Source: Eledone cirrhosa
Taxonomy: Eukaryota
Reading direction: 5' to 3'
Length of the DNA: 64,000 nucleotides
Assembly: GCA_964016885.1 (NCBI GenBank)
Contig: OZ024748.1
Span: forward strand, 49,600,001 to 49,664,000
Shown piece after piece: positions 26,730-40,530 of this stretch. The notes under the pieces are model-generated. The model worked only from the letters and a program-made list of their open reading frames with translations. It searched no databases and was not told where the DNA came from. The translations under genes were made by a program, and so were the position numbers. Each line of letters starts with the position of its first letter. The first letter of the stretch is position 1.

Positions 26730-26901
26730 AATTGTTTCTACTTTTGGCACAAGGCCGGCAATTACTCAGTACATTACTGGTACTTTATTTTATCGACCCC
26801 GTAAGGATGAAAGGCAAAGTTAACCAGAATGGAAAGGGCCGTAACTCTATGCGTCAAATTATGGCATCCGACCCTCTACCGATACTGCCAATCCACCACC
26901 C
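26730..26901 (-). mobile_element. SINE family A with an internal deletion
   Basis: Reverse complement of the consensus. Confidence 0.8.
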
Positions 26902-26954
26902 TGTTGATCAATCAATTATAAACATTGATTATCAGCTAAATTATTTATAGAAAT

Positions 26955-27300
26955 GGAGGCACATGGCTTAGTGGTTAGAGCATTGGCCTTGCAATCGAAA
27001 GGTTGTGAGTTCAATTCTCAGACCGGGCGATGTGTTGTTTCCTTGAGCAAGACACTTTATTTCACATTGCTCCAGTTTACTCAGCTGTAGAAATGAGATG
27101 ATAGGGACTGGGGTCCCTATCATTCCACTGCAAAGTGGTCGTGGAGGTGCCGCAGAAAAAAAAAAGCACCCAGCACTCACTGTAAATGAGGTTGGTGTTA
27201 GGAAGGGCATCCAGCTGTAGAAATCAAGCCAGAATCAGTTCCCGTCCCACCCTTGCAAGCAGGGAAAAGCGGACGTAAAATGATGATGATGAAAATGATG
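26955..27300 (+). mobile_element. SINE family B, full length
   Basis: Near-identical to 19599-19940. Confidence 0.85.
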
Positions 27301-27705
27301 AAATATAAATCAATATACTGAAACTGAAATGAAAACTAAACCAAACATTTTTGGCAATACTAGGACAATATGACCCTCTCCAAATATAACAATATCTGTT
27401 TCAACACATGCTTTCATATCAAAAACCTTGCAAAATAAATACATTGCCGCTATAATATATTCTATTTATATATATTTATGTATAATATATTCTAATTGTG
27501 TATATAAATTTATGTATAAAAATATACTATGTATATATATATTTATATATAATATATACTATGTATATATATATTTATGTATAATTTATACTATGTATAT
27601 ATATATTTATGTATAATATATACTATGTATATATACATTTATATATAATATATACTATGTATATATATATATATTTATGTATAATATATACTATATATAT
27701 ATATA

Positions 27706-27749
<44 letters not shown>

Positions 27750-27769
27750 TGTATATATATATATATATA

Positions 27770-28041
27770 TATTAATATTATTCAAATTATTAATAAATGA
27801 AGACATTCACATAATCAAAATATATGTTTTACATATATTTTGAAGGTACTGTGCTGTTTTTTCAGTACGTCCTCATCAGATAAAATACATGAATTGATGT
27901 ATTGCCAATACTGGAATTGAACCATCAAGACCGTTGAGGTATGTCATACATCAATTCATGTATTTTATCTGACGAGGACGTACTGAAAAAACAGCACAGA
28001 ACCTTCAAAATATATATAATAAAACATATATTTTGATTATG
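27770..28041. repeat. Fold-back element with degenerate hammerhead motifs; right arm resumes at about 28736-28775
   Basis: 27810-27901 pairs with 27947-28041. The arm continues after the RTE insertion. Confidence 0.75.
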
Positions 28042-28736
28042 ATACGTGAACGGCAAAGCATACATGAACTAAGTGAGAAATTAGGAATAAGAGGGATCAG
28101 ATGTTGTTTACTCGAGAGAAGACTACGTTGGTATGGTCACGTGATGCGCATGAAAGACGACAGCTGTATAAAAAAGTACAGGGCGATCAAAATAGACGGT
28201 AGCCATGGAGTAGGCAGACCCAGAAAAACCTGGGACGACTTGATAAATTCCGACCTCACACACTTACACCTCTCCAAGACAATGTCACTGGACCGAGATC
28301 CTTGGCGCTACGCAGTAATACAGAAGACCCGCCTTGCCTAAGTGAAAAGCGAAACCTACATTCAGTAGGCACCTTTTACCAAAATACACCCCCGTCCCAC
28401 GACCCCACCCCATCCACACCACCCCTTTCGATGTAAAGTTATGTTGGTACCACAACATCCAGCCCGAAATAAATGAGGTCGTGTAGGTGTCACAACAAAA
28501 AACACACAGTCCACGCTGTAATGTGGCCGTGTAGGTAACACGGTAAAAACCTCCCAGTCCACACTGTAAACGTGGTTGGTGTTAGGAAGGGCATCCAGCC
28601 GTAGAAAACCCACCAGACAGTCCTATACGAGCAAGACAACCAATCTTGTCTCAAGTGGGAAAATTCCTGTCCAAACCCATGCTAGCTTGGACGATGGACG
28701 TTAAACGATTATGATGATGATGATGATGATGATGAT
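28042..28736 (+). mobile_element. RTE-clade LINE 3' fragment
   Basis: ERRLRWYGHVMRMKDDSCIKK...GRPRKTWDDLI, 3' UTR and (GAT)n tail. Confidence 0.88.
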
Positions 28737-28910
28737 GAATGTCTCCATTTATTAATATTTTGAATAATATTAATAACTCCAGAAAACTTCTTTGTAGAGT
28801 GCTTTTAATCTATTGTAAAACTATATTCATTGAGTAATCAATGAACCATATTAATCTTTGGTTATATATATATATATATTTCTGTATAATATGTATCTCT
28901 TTCCTCTCAG

Positions 28911-29021
28911 GTTGTTTATTTCACCGCTACGTTTCCATACATTGTACTTACGGCCTTCCTTATTCGTGGATTGACTCTTAAAGGATCAGCCACTGGCATC
29001 AGTTATATGTTTACTCCAAAG
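28911..29021 (+). CDS. SLC6 transporter internal exon (TM5); missing from the ORF track
   Basis: ttcctctcag| acceptor, 111 nt, phase 0/0. Translates [37 protein letters not shown]. Donor AAG|gtaaaa. Confidence 0.95.
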
Positions 29022-29574
29022 GTAAAAACAAGTTTCTATTTCTATTTCATTCTCTTATTATAATCGTTATTGTCATCATCGTTGTCATTGTTGTCATTGT
29101 TGTCATTGTTGTCATTGTTGTCATTGTTGTCATCGTTGTCATCGTTGTTGTTGTTGCTATTTTTGTTGCTATTGCTGTTGTTGTTGTTGTTATTACAAGA
29201 CTCTGGTTGTGTCTAGTTTTATAATGCTTGAATTCCTGTCTACATAGACTTTCTTGTGTATCACATCAGACATTGTACTATAAATAATAGATGGGTGCTT
29301 GTTTAGGTGTGTGTATGTGTGTGTGTATATGTGTTTGAGTATGTGTCTATATGTGTATGTATGTGTATATGTGTGTGTATGTGTGTGGGGGATAATAATT
29401 TTGGCAAAATATGAAGAGACATCTTGAGTCAACAATGCCAACCATATTCACACAACAATATCTCTTGAAGAAATAAAAAATACGAAAAATAAAAAAAATA
29501 CGAAAAAGAATATGCTATACATATATGTTTACATGTTATATATATATATATTTTTTTTTATTATTTTACTCTTT

Positions 29575-31640
29575 TACCTGTTCCAGCCATCTGGCTGAGG
29601 CCATGCTGGGGCACCGCCCTTGCTGCTACATATTCTATCTCCAGCCTGTGTTGGCTGGCCATTGGTGCAAGAGGGAGTTCTTTGCTGCTGCCCTTAGGTT
29701 ACCTTCGTACCGTGCTGTAGGCTCATCTGGGATCCTGGATAGCAGGGTGTCGAGATGTTTCTTGAAAACATTCACGTCCACTGCTACTTATTCTAGATGG
29801 GGAAGACGGGACCTTTGGCACCATACAGTCACGTCCTGTTCGGGGGTTGGTCCAGCTCCCAATGCCAAAGTTTGGTGCTAGTCCCGCCAAGATTTTCCAT
29901 ATGTATATCACTACGTATCTCTCTCGACTTCGTTCCAAGGAGTAGAGTTTCAGTTCTTTTAGCCTCTCCCTGTAGCTTATCTCCTTCATCATCACAATCC
30001 TCTTGGTGTAGCTTCGTTGAATTACCTCAAGCTCCTTGGTTAGTTTGACACTATGGGGTGACGACAGCTGGGAGTAGTAGTCCAGGCGGTTTAGGACAAA
30101 TGTCCGCCATAGTATCAACATGGTCTCTCAGTCTCTTGTCTGGAAAGTCCTCAAGATCCAGCCAGAGAGTCGTCTGCACATTGTCGCCAACCTCATGATG
30201 TGTGAAGAAAAAGATGCATCATCGCTCATGTCTATTCCCAGGCCTCGTATCGATTTCGTTATGGGAATTTTGATCCCTCCTGGTCCGGTGTAGCAGTGTT
30301 GTATTGTATTTGTGTTTGGCGGTTGGTATTGTAGGGCGTGAAATTTTCCAGCATTAAACTGCATGTTGTTGTCCTCAGCCCATTTGTATATGGCATCCAG
30401 ATCTTGTTGTAAAAGGGCAGCATCAGCTGGGTTTTTGATTGCCTGTGCTACCTTAGTGTCATCAGCATAGCTAGTGAGGAATGTTGTATGTACTATAGAA
30501 GGCATGTCTGAGAGAGCCATCAAAAACAGTAGTGGTCCCTGGAATGTGCTTTGGGGCACCCCACTTGTTATTGATGATTCCTTTGAGGGGGCCCTGTTTG
30601 CTGCAACTGTCTGGCTTCTGTCTTTTAAGAAATCATGTAGCCACTCACCTACTTTTTCAGTTATGCCGAGTCTGAGTAGTATCATATCATTCCGTGGTCG
30701 ACCTTGTCAAAGGTCTTTGCAAAGTCAAGATATATCACGTCCACACGTGAGCTGTCTAGCTGTCTGTGTAAGGCAGCTTCTTCCTGGGCAAAAGCCATGC
30801 TATGTGCTAGTTAGGCGGTCATTTTCCTGGAACGTGGTCAGTTTCTTTCTGATGATTCGTTCCATGATCTTACTGATATGTGATGTCAGGGAGACTGGCC
30901 TGTAGTTTTTGGCCTCCACTCTGATTCCTCCTTTATGGATAGGGCATATTGTGCCTTCTTTCAGCTCTCTGGGTAGTTTACTGCTAGCCAAGGAACTTCT
31001 GAAGAGGGTCATCAGTGGACTTGCTAAGGCACGCTTACATATTTTTAGGAGGACTGCTGGGAATCCATCAGGTCCAGTAGCTGAGTTTGTTCTAATTTCG
31101 TCTATGGTGGATACCACATCCTTCTCCGTTAGGTCTATGTGGTTGATGGTCGCCATTTCTTCATGGAGTGCTGTGTCATCAAAGAAATCCTCTGGCTTTG
31201 TTATTTGCAGGTTCCTCAATGGAGGTGGGAACACACTTTTGTACTGATCATTCAGTATTTCACTTATCCCTTGGGGATCCTCAGTTAATGAACAATCTTT
31301 ATGGAAGAGTGGCCCAATCTTGCAGTGTACCGAGGCAGTCTTTTTTGCAAATTCAAAGAAGGCCTTAGGGTTTGTTTTAATATTTTCTATGGACCTGATT
31401 TCTCTCTCTGCCCTCTCCGTTTCATGGGAAACTTTGAGTGCAGTTTCAATTTCAAGTAGTGCACATTTCAAATAGGATTCCTTCTTGTTTTTTTTTGTTG
31501 TGCAATCAACTAGTTTGAGAGCTTAGTTCTTCATCTCATAAGGATTTTCCTGTCTCTGGGAATAAGATTTTTGAATCCGTTGGCCTCTTTCTCTGGGACA
31601 AACTTATAGTTTGTATTGTTGTCATGAAGTGTCGAAAATG
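29575..31640 (-). mobile_element. CR1/L2-group LINE ORF2 (reverse transcriptase), 5'-truncated and frameshifted
   Basis: GPDGFPAVLLK, NYRPVSLTSHISKIMERII, SGVPQ...GPLLF, YADDTK and LQQDLDAIYKWAEDNNMQFNAGK motifs split over ORFs 30800-31471, 30128-30685 and 29723-30121. Confidence 0.92.
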
Positions 31641-31887
31641 TATGACTGGGCTTTTATTTGGTGTCTCTCCTTTGTTTTGTCTTACACCATCTTGTTTTTG
31701 TGTGTTGTGTGTTGTACTGTATTGTATTGTGTTGAGGAGGTCACAGAATATGTGACGAAAGAGCTTTGACAATATATAAACAACCATCCGGTTATTGAAC
31801 CAACCAAACAACCAGAAATTTAATAAATTGAAGTGAAAACAAACAGGTGCGTGTGTTTTTATTGGCAACATGACCCTCCCAAAGTAT

Positions 31888-31956
<69 letters not shown>

Positions 31957-32465
31957 ATATATGATATATATATCATATATATTTACATCTACTGCAGAGC
32001 AGAGAGAGGGAAGAGAGAACAGGTGAGTGAGACAGAGAAGGGTGTGATAGAGATTGGTTGGGAGGGAGGTGAGAAGTGATAGGGGAGAGAGGTGGAGGGC
32101 GACAGAGAGAGGGCTCAGGTTTGAGTGGGGTGGGGTGGGGGGGGCTTGTGAGAGAAGTAGTGGGGAAGATGGTGAATTATAGGGGACGGAGGTTTGGTGA
32201 GAGAGAGATAAGTTGTGTTTGGGAGAGGGGAATGAGTGAGAGAGATGCTGAGTGAGAAAAAGAGAGGGAGAGAAAGAGCAGAGGGGGGGTAAATGAGGGA
32301 GGTGTGAGTGAGAAGGGTGTGTGGGTGGGTTCGATAATGAGTGAGAGTGCTGAGTGGAGGGGGATGAAACTAATGTCAAAGTCTTGGAGTAGTTAGCTCT
32401 CTACAACTGCAACTGAATAATATAGCTATGTAGACATTCTTAAAATGTCACCACTATGGCAAGGA

Positions 32466-33410
32466 GGACATACAGACAGACAGAGAGACAGGCAGACAGG
32501 CAGGCAGGCAGACAGACAGACAGGTAGACACACACACACACACAGACAGACATACAGACACACAGACAGACACAGACAGGCAGACACACAGACATATAGA
32601 CAACAGGCAGACACACACACACACACACACACAGACAGACATACATACATACATACAGACATACACAGACATGCAGACAGACAGACACAAGCAGACAGAC
32701 AGAGACAGACAGACAGACAGACAGACACAGACAGACAGACCGACAGAGACAGACAGACACAGACAGACAGACATACATACATACAGACAGACATACACAG
32801 ACATGCAGACAGACAGACACAGGCAGGCAGACAGAGACAGACAGACAGACATACACAGACAGACAGACCGACAGAGACAGACAGACAGACCGACAGAGAC
32901 AGACAGACACAGACAGACATACATACATACAGACAGACATACACAGAGATGCAGACAGACAGACAGACACAGGCAGACAGACAGAGACAGACAGACAGAC
33001 AGACACAGACAGACAGACCGACAGAGACAGACAGACACAGACAGACAGACCGACAGAGACAGACAGACAGACCGACAGAGACAGACAGACACAGACAGAC
33101 ATACATACATACAGACAGACATACACAGAGATGCAGACAGACAGACAGACACAGGCAGACAGACAGAGACAGACAGACAGACACAGACAGACAGACCGAC
33201 AGAGACAGACAGACACAGACAGACAGACCGACAGAGACAGACAGACACAGACAGACAGACCGACAGAGACAGACAGACACAGACAGGCAGCCATACATAC
33301 ATACAGACACACAGACATATAGACACAGACAGACAGGCAGACACACACAGACAGACACATAGACAGGCAGCCATACATACAGGCAGACCGACAGACAAAC
33401 AGACAGACGA
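32466..33410. repeat. (GACA)n-type compound microsatellite
   Basis: Direct reading. Confidence 0.95.
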
Positions 33411-33775
33411 CACAGCATTGAATACCTTTACTACCTTGCTTTGTTTTCTTCTTCTCAATGTCTATATATACGTCCCTACCCTGGAATCAAGACTAGACTA
33501 GATTAAATGTCACCCCTATGGCAAGGAGAGACAGGCAGACACACAGACAGACATAGCATCAGATACCTTTTATTACCTTGCTTTGTTTACTTCTCAATGT
33601 CTATATATACGTCCCTACTCTGGAATCAAGACTAGACTAGATTAAATGTCACCCCTATGGCAAGGAGAGACAGGCAGACACACAGACAGACATAGCATCA
33701 GATACCTTTTATTACCTTGCTTTGTTTACTTCTCAATGTCTATATATACGTCCCTACCCTGGAATCAAGTCTAGA
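33410..33775. repeat. 139-bp tandem repeat, about 3 units
   Basis: ctggaatcaag recurs at 33481, 33620 and 33759. Confidence 0.85.
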
Positions 33776-33974
33776 TTTCTTAAACTTCTGCCAGGAGTGA
33801 AGGTTTCTTACTGTTATTACATCTCTCACATATTTACAGGAGGATGAAAACTAATCTCTCTATTGTTTCTACAGTTCTTCACAGATGTGTGTATGTATGT
33901 ATGTATGTATGTATGTATGTATGTATGTATGTATGTATGTATGTATGTATGTATGTATGTGTGTATATATGTAT

Positions 33975-34227
33975 GTTTTCTCTTTCTCTTAATTTCGAGT
34001 ATATTTTTTTTGACCGGCCACCTTCCTGGTGGCAAGGTTGTAAAAGAAAAGAAATTGTCATCCCTTGAATCGCAAGAATGTTTTGCAAATTTTGAAGGTG
34101 CCAGCTATCGCAGCCATTTGTAGACTATGAATTAGGGAGCTGCGCTTTTTGTCCGCAAATCCAAGTTCAGTCATACTTTGGTCCAAGCGGGTTTGGTATA
34201 TAACCCGTAGCACCAATAATGATGGGT
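33975..34227 (-). mobile_element. R4/Dong-like (restriction-like endonuclease) retrotransposon 3' fragment
   Basis: Minus strand reads PIIIGATGYIP.../MTELGFADKKRSSLIHSLQMAAIAGTFKICKTFLRFKG*. Flanked by (TATG)n on both sides. Confidence 0.65.
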
Positions 34228-34299
34228 ATGTATGTATGTATGTATGTATGTATGTATGTATGTATGTATGTATGTATGTATGTATGTATGTATGTATGT

Positions 34300-34565
34300 G
34301 CAGTGCCTTTGCTCACTATAAAAGCTTCACGGCACAGGCATTGCTTTATATCTGGAGATCTCTGATCTCTCTGCACTTGTCGTCACATGGTACCATGGGC
34401 CCAGCACTATGTGTCAATAATTGTCACAGGTGTAGTGTTTGTACCAGAGTTTTCAAGTCGCTGGCTGGACTAAAAAGTCACACTCGTTCAGCGCATCGGT
34501 AGGGGTTCTCCTACATGGATATAAAGTAGTGGCCGTACTCGAAAACGAGTTGGCAGCCATCATGT
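34300..34565 (+). mobile_element. RTE-like LINE 3' fragment with C-terminal C2H2 finger
   Basis: HRCSVCTRVFKSLAGLKSHTRSAHR* followed by a short UTR and (TATG)n. Second copy at 1-107. Confidence 0.7.
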
Positions 34566-34632
34566 ATGTATGTATGTATGTATGTATGTATGTATGTATG
34601 TATGTATGTATGTATGTGTGTATATATGTATG

Positions 34633-34666
<34 letters not shown>

Positions 34667-35074
34667 TGTATGTGTGTATATATGTATGTATATATGTATG
34701 TATGTATATATGTATATATGTATATATGTATGTAAGTATGTATGTTCTTCTGGTTTTATAATTTCACAAAGTTTTACCAATAGAGAGAGAGTCGGTTTCT
34801 AACATAGACACAAGACTCTCTCATTGGAATTTACACAACATCAACTAGGTAGATATGTATGCATGCATGTGTAGATATGGATGTTATTGTATGTGTGGAT
34901 GTGTATGTTTTGAGTTGTATGTGTGCATGTGTATATGCTTTGTATCTGTACATGTGTATATGCAGTTATTAGATGCAAAGTTTTTGGATCTAACACACCA
35001 CAACACAACACAGCACAACACAGCACAACACAACACACCACAACACCACACAACACAACAGCACACAACACAGG

Positions 35075-35600
35075 TGAGTCTTCACCAATATGACATGTCA
35101 CCAATTCCTCGTGGTCCTTTGTCATCTTCTGTTGTGAGTTTCAGCTCCTTAAGATTAGCCCTCACTACCTCATCCTTTGTCACTGGGTCTGCCTCTTCAA
35201 CAAGTTCCAAAGTCTTAGATTTCTCAGTACTTTGACATACAACTTTCATGCTCCATATGCATCTCATGTCCAACCCATACAGTCGTCTCTGCAACTAATT
35301 CCTCTTATACCAAGTTTTTCTCTCCATTCACTCATGCTACATCGTCCTGCACACTAACATTACACAATCATTAGAGCATAATTGCTCCATTTCTTTTGAG
35401 CCTTTACATGTTTCCTGGAGTCAGTCAAGGACCCATGTCTTACTGCCATGAAGTAGTGCAGTTTGTAGACAGGGACCATGCAGTCTACCCTTCATTCTCA
35501 GAGGAAAACCGTTTGTTGTCAGCAGAGGTAGCACAATGCCCTAAACTTCTTCTCCAGCCTTTCTTACCCTGATACCCTGACTATCTCACTTTCAGAGCAT
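35075..35600 (-). mobile_element. Degenerate RTE LINE fragment
   Basis: MQRRLYGLDMRCIW...KDEVVRANLKELKLT resembles an RTE C-terminus. Confidence 0.6.
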
Positions 35601-36048
35601 GCTTACCCCATTCCTTCTTCTAAGACAACTATTTTCACATCTTTGTTTAGATTATCCATCGTATACATAATCATGTGGGTGGCTGGGTGGTGTGTGCAGT
35701 GTGGGTGGGATGGGTGACTGCCCTGATTTTACACATTAATCTTACCTCATTTTAATCCTGTTGGGATTAGCAAGACTTTCATGAAGTCGACTATCTCAGT
35801 CTGATGGAAGATTAGTTTCAAGCTGAACATAATCTATGTTGTTGATGCTCTTGTTGCCTATGATGATGCTGTTTGTTGATGTTGTTAATGATGATGATGA
35901 TAATGATGGTGATGGTGAGGTGAGGATGATGATGATGATGATGATGGTGATATTGATGATGGTGGTGGTGACGATTATAATGGTGATGGTGATGACGATG
36001 TTGATGTTTGGTGGTGGTGACGGGTGATGATGTTCGTGATGGTGGTAG

Positions 36049-36082
<34 letters not shown>

Positions 36083-36265
36083 AGTGATGAAGGTGGTGAT
36101 GATGATTGTGTTGATGATGATGATGATGATGATAGTGATGAAGGTGGTGATGATGATGATAAGGATAATGTTACTGTTATTGCTTCTACTTTTCTTTTTT
36201 TATTTCCCCAAGATGCTTCTTGTCTTGATGTTTATTTATTGAAAAAGCACACACACACAAACACA

Positions 36266-36350
<85 letters not shown>

Positions 36351-36371
36351 TATATATTATATATATGTCCA

Positions 36372-36559
36372 GGGCGGTGGATTGGCAGTATAGGTAGAGG
36401 GTTGGACCCCATGCTTTCCAGCATAGTTACGTCCCTTTACGATCTGAGTTCAAATCCCGCCGAGGTTGACTTTGCCTTTCATCCTTACGGGGTCGATAAA
36501 ATAAAGTACCAGTAATGCACTGGGTAATTGCTGGCCTTGTGCCTAACGTAGAAACAATT
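36372..36559 (+). mobile_element. SINE family A
   Basis: Matches the consensus. Confidence 0.88.
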
Positions 36560-37077
36560 ATATATTATATATGTATATATATATATACATATATATATAT
36601 ACATACATATATATATATATATATATATTGTTATACTTTGGGAGGGTCATGTTGCCAATAAGAAACACACGCACCAGTTGCTTTCACTTCAATTTATTAT
36701 ATATTTATAAATTTATAAATTTCTGGTATATATACTTAGTTATATAAATATATATATATATATTTATATAAATATATATGCAGAGGCCTAACTAGGGTAT
36801 GGCAAGCATGGCATGTGCCATGGGCGTCACATAAAGGGGGCGCCACTTGGACTGGGAGCATGTTCTATTAAAGTTAAATAAACCTCGTCGGAGAGTGAGA
36901 AAAGAAACTCCTTTAGATGTATGATCTGTCTCATTATCATGGGTGAGAACACTATGGTGGCTGGATCATTAAACCATTTATATAAATTATTAGGCCTCCA
37001 TAGGTAAAAATGCAGTGTTGGGCAAGGGCGCAGTTTCACTACTTGACATAGGCGCTATTTTCCCTAGTAATCATCAT

Positions 37078-37418
37078 TCATCATCATCATTTCATTTTAC
37101 GTCCACTTTTCCCTGCTTGCAAGGATGGGACGGGAACTGATTCTGGCTTGATTTCTACAGCTGGATGCCCTTCCTAACACCAACCTCATTTACAGTGAGT
37201 GCTGGGTGCTTTTTTGCCGTGGCACCTCCACGACCACTTTGCAGTGGAATGATATGGACCCCAGTCCCTGTCATCTCATTTCTACAGCTGAGTAAACTGG
37301 AATAATGTGAAATAAAGTGTCTTGCTCAAGGAAACAACACATCACCCGGTCTGAGAATTGAACTCACAACCTTTCGATTGCAAGGCCAATGCTCTAACCA
37401 CTAAGCCATGTGCCTCCA
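37078..37418 (-). mobile_element. SINE family B, full length
   Basis: Reverse complement of 26955-27300. Confidence 0.85.
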
Positions 37419-37629
37419 TATATACCTCTGTATATATATGTGTGTGTGTGTGTAGATTATCACATTGGTACACACATACCAATGTGTGGACGTGCAGATA
37501 CTCAGGTTCATATGTACATTCTTGTATGTATCATCCTCATTGTTGATTTTACGTCTATTTGTCCACACACACATATATGGGTTTGACGCATCCTTTTCAG
37601 TACAGCATCTCTCTACTCATCATGTTCCT

Positions 37630-37905
37630 TTGTCATCTCCTCCTTGACCTTCTCATTCCTATTGAAGGGACCCCTTCCTGGTTGACTTGCCACCGCTTCC
37701 TATCTCTGGCCATACTGGACAAGGTGGGGCTGAGATATTGGGTCAGATCATCACACCATTGTTGACCATTCTCTAGTTCTTCTCCACTGCCTTGGTGTCC
37801 ACTCTGGCACTCTAATAGTCCCCCTGTTGTCTCTGAGACCAGTGATATGACATGACCAACCCATCTATATTTGCTCTTCTTGAGGGTCTTGATTATGTCC
37901 TTCAC
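37630..37905 (-). mobile_element. Degenerate RTE-like LINE C-terminal fragment (different family)
   Basis: KDIIKTLKKSKYRWVGHV...WCDDL...ARDRKRW. Confidence 0.65.
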
Positions 37906-38253
37906 TCCTTATATATACATCTTTAACGATCGACTTTCGTCAAATCGGACCGAGGAGACAATGTTCCCGTCGGTCTTTCCAATTGCTAATACTATCTATC
38001 GGTCGCAACTCCAGGTAGAAGGAGCAACGCGAAATAAAGTGTCTTGCTCAAGGACATAACGTTGAAGGCGTGTGGCTGACTGTTTAGAGAATTGGATTCG
38101 CAATCGTAAGGTTGTGAGTTCGATTCCTGGACCAGGCGATATATACATACACATAGGAAATACCACCCCCTTTCAGCACATCTGAACTCTCAGTAGAGTC
38201 AGGAATGTATGTATATGATTTACAGCATGCACGTCAAACTGAGGGTCCCCCCC

Positions 38254-38783
38254 AGGGCCACATGGATCACATATGTGTTGTCTGAGGGCCACATGGGTCA
38301 CATATGTGTTGTCTGAGGGTCACATGGGTCACATATGTGTTGTCTGAGGGCCACATGGGTCACATGTGTTGTCTGAGGGCCACATGGGTCACATGTGTTG
38401 TCTGAGGGCCACATGGATCACATATGTGTTGCCTGAGGGCCACATGGGTAACATATGTGTTGTCTGAGGGCCACATGGATCACATATGTGTTGTCCGAGG
38501 GCCACATGGGTCACATATGTGTTGTCTGAGGGCCACATGGGTCACATATGTGTTGTCTGAGGGCCACATGGGTCACATGTGTTGTCTGAGGGCCACATGG
38601 ATCACATATATGTTGCCTGAGGACCACATGGGTCACACATGTGTTGTCTGAGAGCCACATGGATCACATATGTGTTGTCTGAGGGCCACATGGGTCACAT
38701 ATGTGTTGTCTGAGGGCCACATGGATCACATATGTGTTGTCTGAGGGCCACATGGGCCACATATGTATTGTCTGAGGGCCACA
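38254..38783. repeat. 31-bp minisatellite, about 17 copies, inside a probable MITE (about 38223-38918)
   Basis: Unit gagggccacatgggtcacatatgtgttgtct. Ends cagcatgcacgtcaaac / gttgacatgcctg are TIR-like. Confidence 0.85.
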
Positions 38784-39165
38784 CACGACAACTAATAGCG
38801 CACGTTACAACTATTTTTTATATTTTATATTACAAAGATAAAACATGCTTGTGCTGTAAAAAACCTTTGTGTGGGCCGCAGGTGTGCCTGTAAAGGGCCA
38901 CATGTGTTGACATGCCTGGTTTACCAGGAGTTCAATTCATCTGAGAGGTCAGTAGTTCTGCTTGAGTACTGACTTGGTCTGTGATGACCCGTCCAATCTT
39001 TGCTAGCAAGGGAAAACAGACGTTAAATGTTGATGACGTTGATATTGATGATGATGATGAGCCCCCCCCCCCCCCCCCCCCCCGCATACACACACACACA
39101 CATGCACATACACACACATTTAGAAACAATTGCATAACACATTTACATCTTGTATTGACATACAA

Positions 39166-39370
39166 TATGAGAGTTGGCTAAAAAATTCATAGGCTGAAAA
39201 GTTAATAGAGTGACCAAAATACTCTCAGGGAGTGACCAAATGAGGTTTATTTTTCAACATCATCCCTGGAAAGAAACAATGCAGTTATTAATAAGGAGAG
39301 TTGAAACCTCATTTAGTCATTCCATGAGAGTATCTTGGTCAGCCTTTCAACGTTTCAGCTGATCCTTGTA
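39166..39370. mobile_element. Degenerate Tc1/mariner-like MITE
   Basis: Imperfect long inverted termini (tgaccaaaatactctca...aaatgaggttt vs aaacctcattt...tgagagtatcttggtca). Confidence 0.5.
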
Positions 39371-39842
39371 AACCTATTTAGCTTTAGTCATTATCTATAT
39401 ACATTACATGTCTGCACCAGTGCAGTCTTCTATTCTACACGCTACATGCTACATTTGATTCTATTTATGCCAAGTTTTTTGTTTGTTTGGTTTTCTTAAA
39501 CACATCCATGCTTCGTAATTGCACGGAGTCAATAAAATAAGTGTAGGTCAAGAAGTAGGTCAATATAAAATATCTACAAGTCAAGAAGTAGGATGACACC
39601 TCCCACTAAATATGTGTACTGCTTATGGTATAAAACTCATTATTGCTTAATCAATAATCTGAGCTGGTTGTATAACCTCTACAGAGAGGTGGGGAGGGAG
39701 GGGGGGATTTATGGGGGGGGGGGGTGAGAAGGAGAGAGAGGTGAGGAGGGAAAGAGAGAGAGAGGGAGGTGTGACAGGAGAGAGAGAGAGAGAGAGAGAG
39801 AGAGTGAGAGGGAGCGGAGAGAGACTTAATACTAAAATGAAG

Positions 39843-40293
39843 TGAGGATGATGTTTTTGTTGATGATGATGGTGAGGATGATGTTGATGAGGGTGATGGT
39901 TATGATGATGATAATGTTGATAACCGTGATGATGATTGTGATGATGATATTGATGATGATTGGTGGTGACGGTTATGATGGTGATGGTGATGATGGTGTT
40001 GTTGCTGATGATGATTGTGATGATAATGGTGACGGTGATGATGATGATGGTGTTGGTGGTGGTGATGATGGTGATGATGATGGGGGTGATTCTGTTGAAA
40101 ATGATGATGGTGATGGTGATGGTGGTGACGGTGATGATGGTGATGATGATTGTGTTGATAATAATGATGGCGATGGTGATGGTGTTGTTGATGATGATGA
40201 TGATGATTGTGTTGATGGTGATGATGATTGTGTTGATGATGATGATGATGATGATAGTGGTGATGGTGATGATGATGATGATGATGATTGTGT

Positions 40294-40340
<47 letters not shown>

Positions 40341-40345
40341 GTGGT
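39843..40345. repeat. (GAT)n low-complexity tract
   Basis: Direct reading. Confidence 0.95.
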
Positions 40346-40530
40346 AGTCATGTTGGCAGTTTAGCCTCTATTTACAATCACATCATGCTGTTCTCTGCTG
40401 TGGAAGCTGCTACCTGATGATGGCTGTCACCCTCATGCCAGTAATTTGAGCAGGGTGCTGCTGTTTGGTTGAGAAGAGGGCTGGGGGTATGATTTTGAAG
40501 GACGTATTTGAAGCTAATTATAAAAACATA

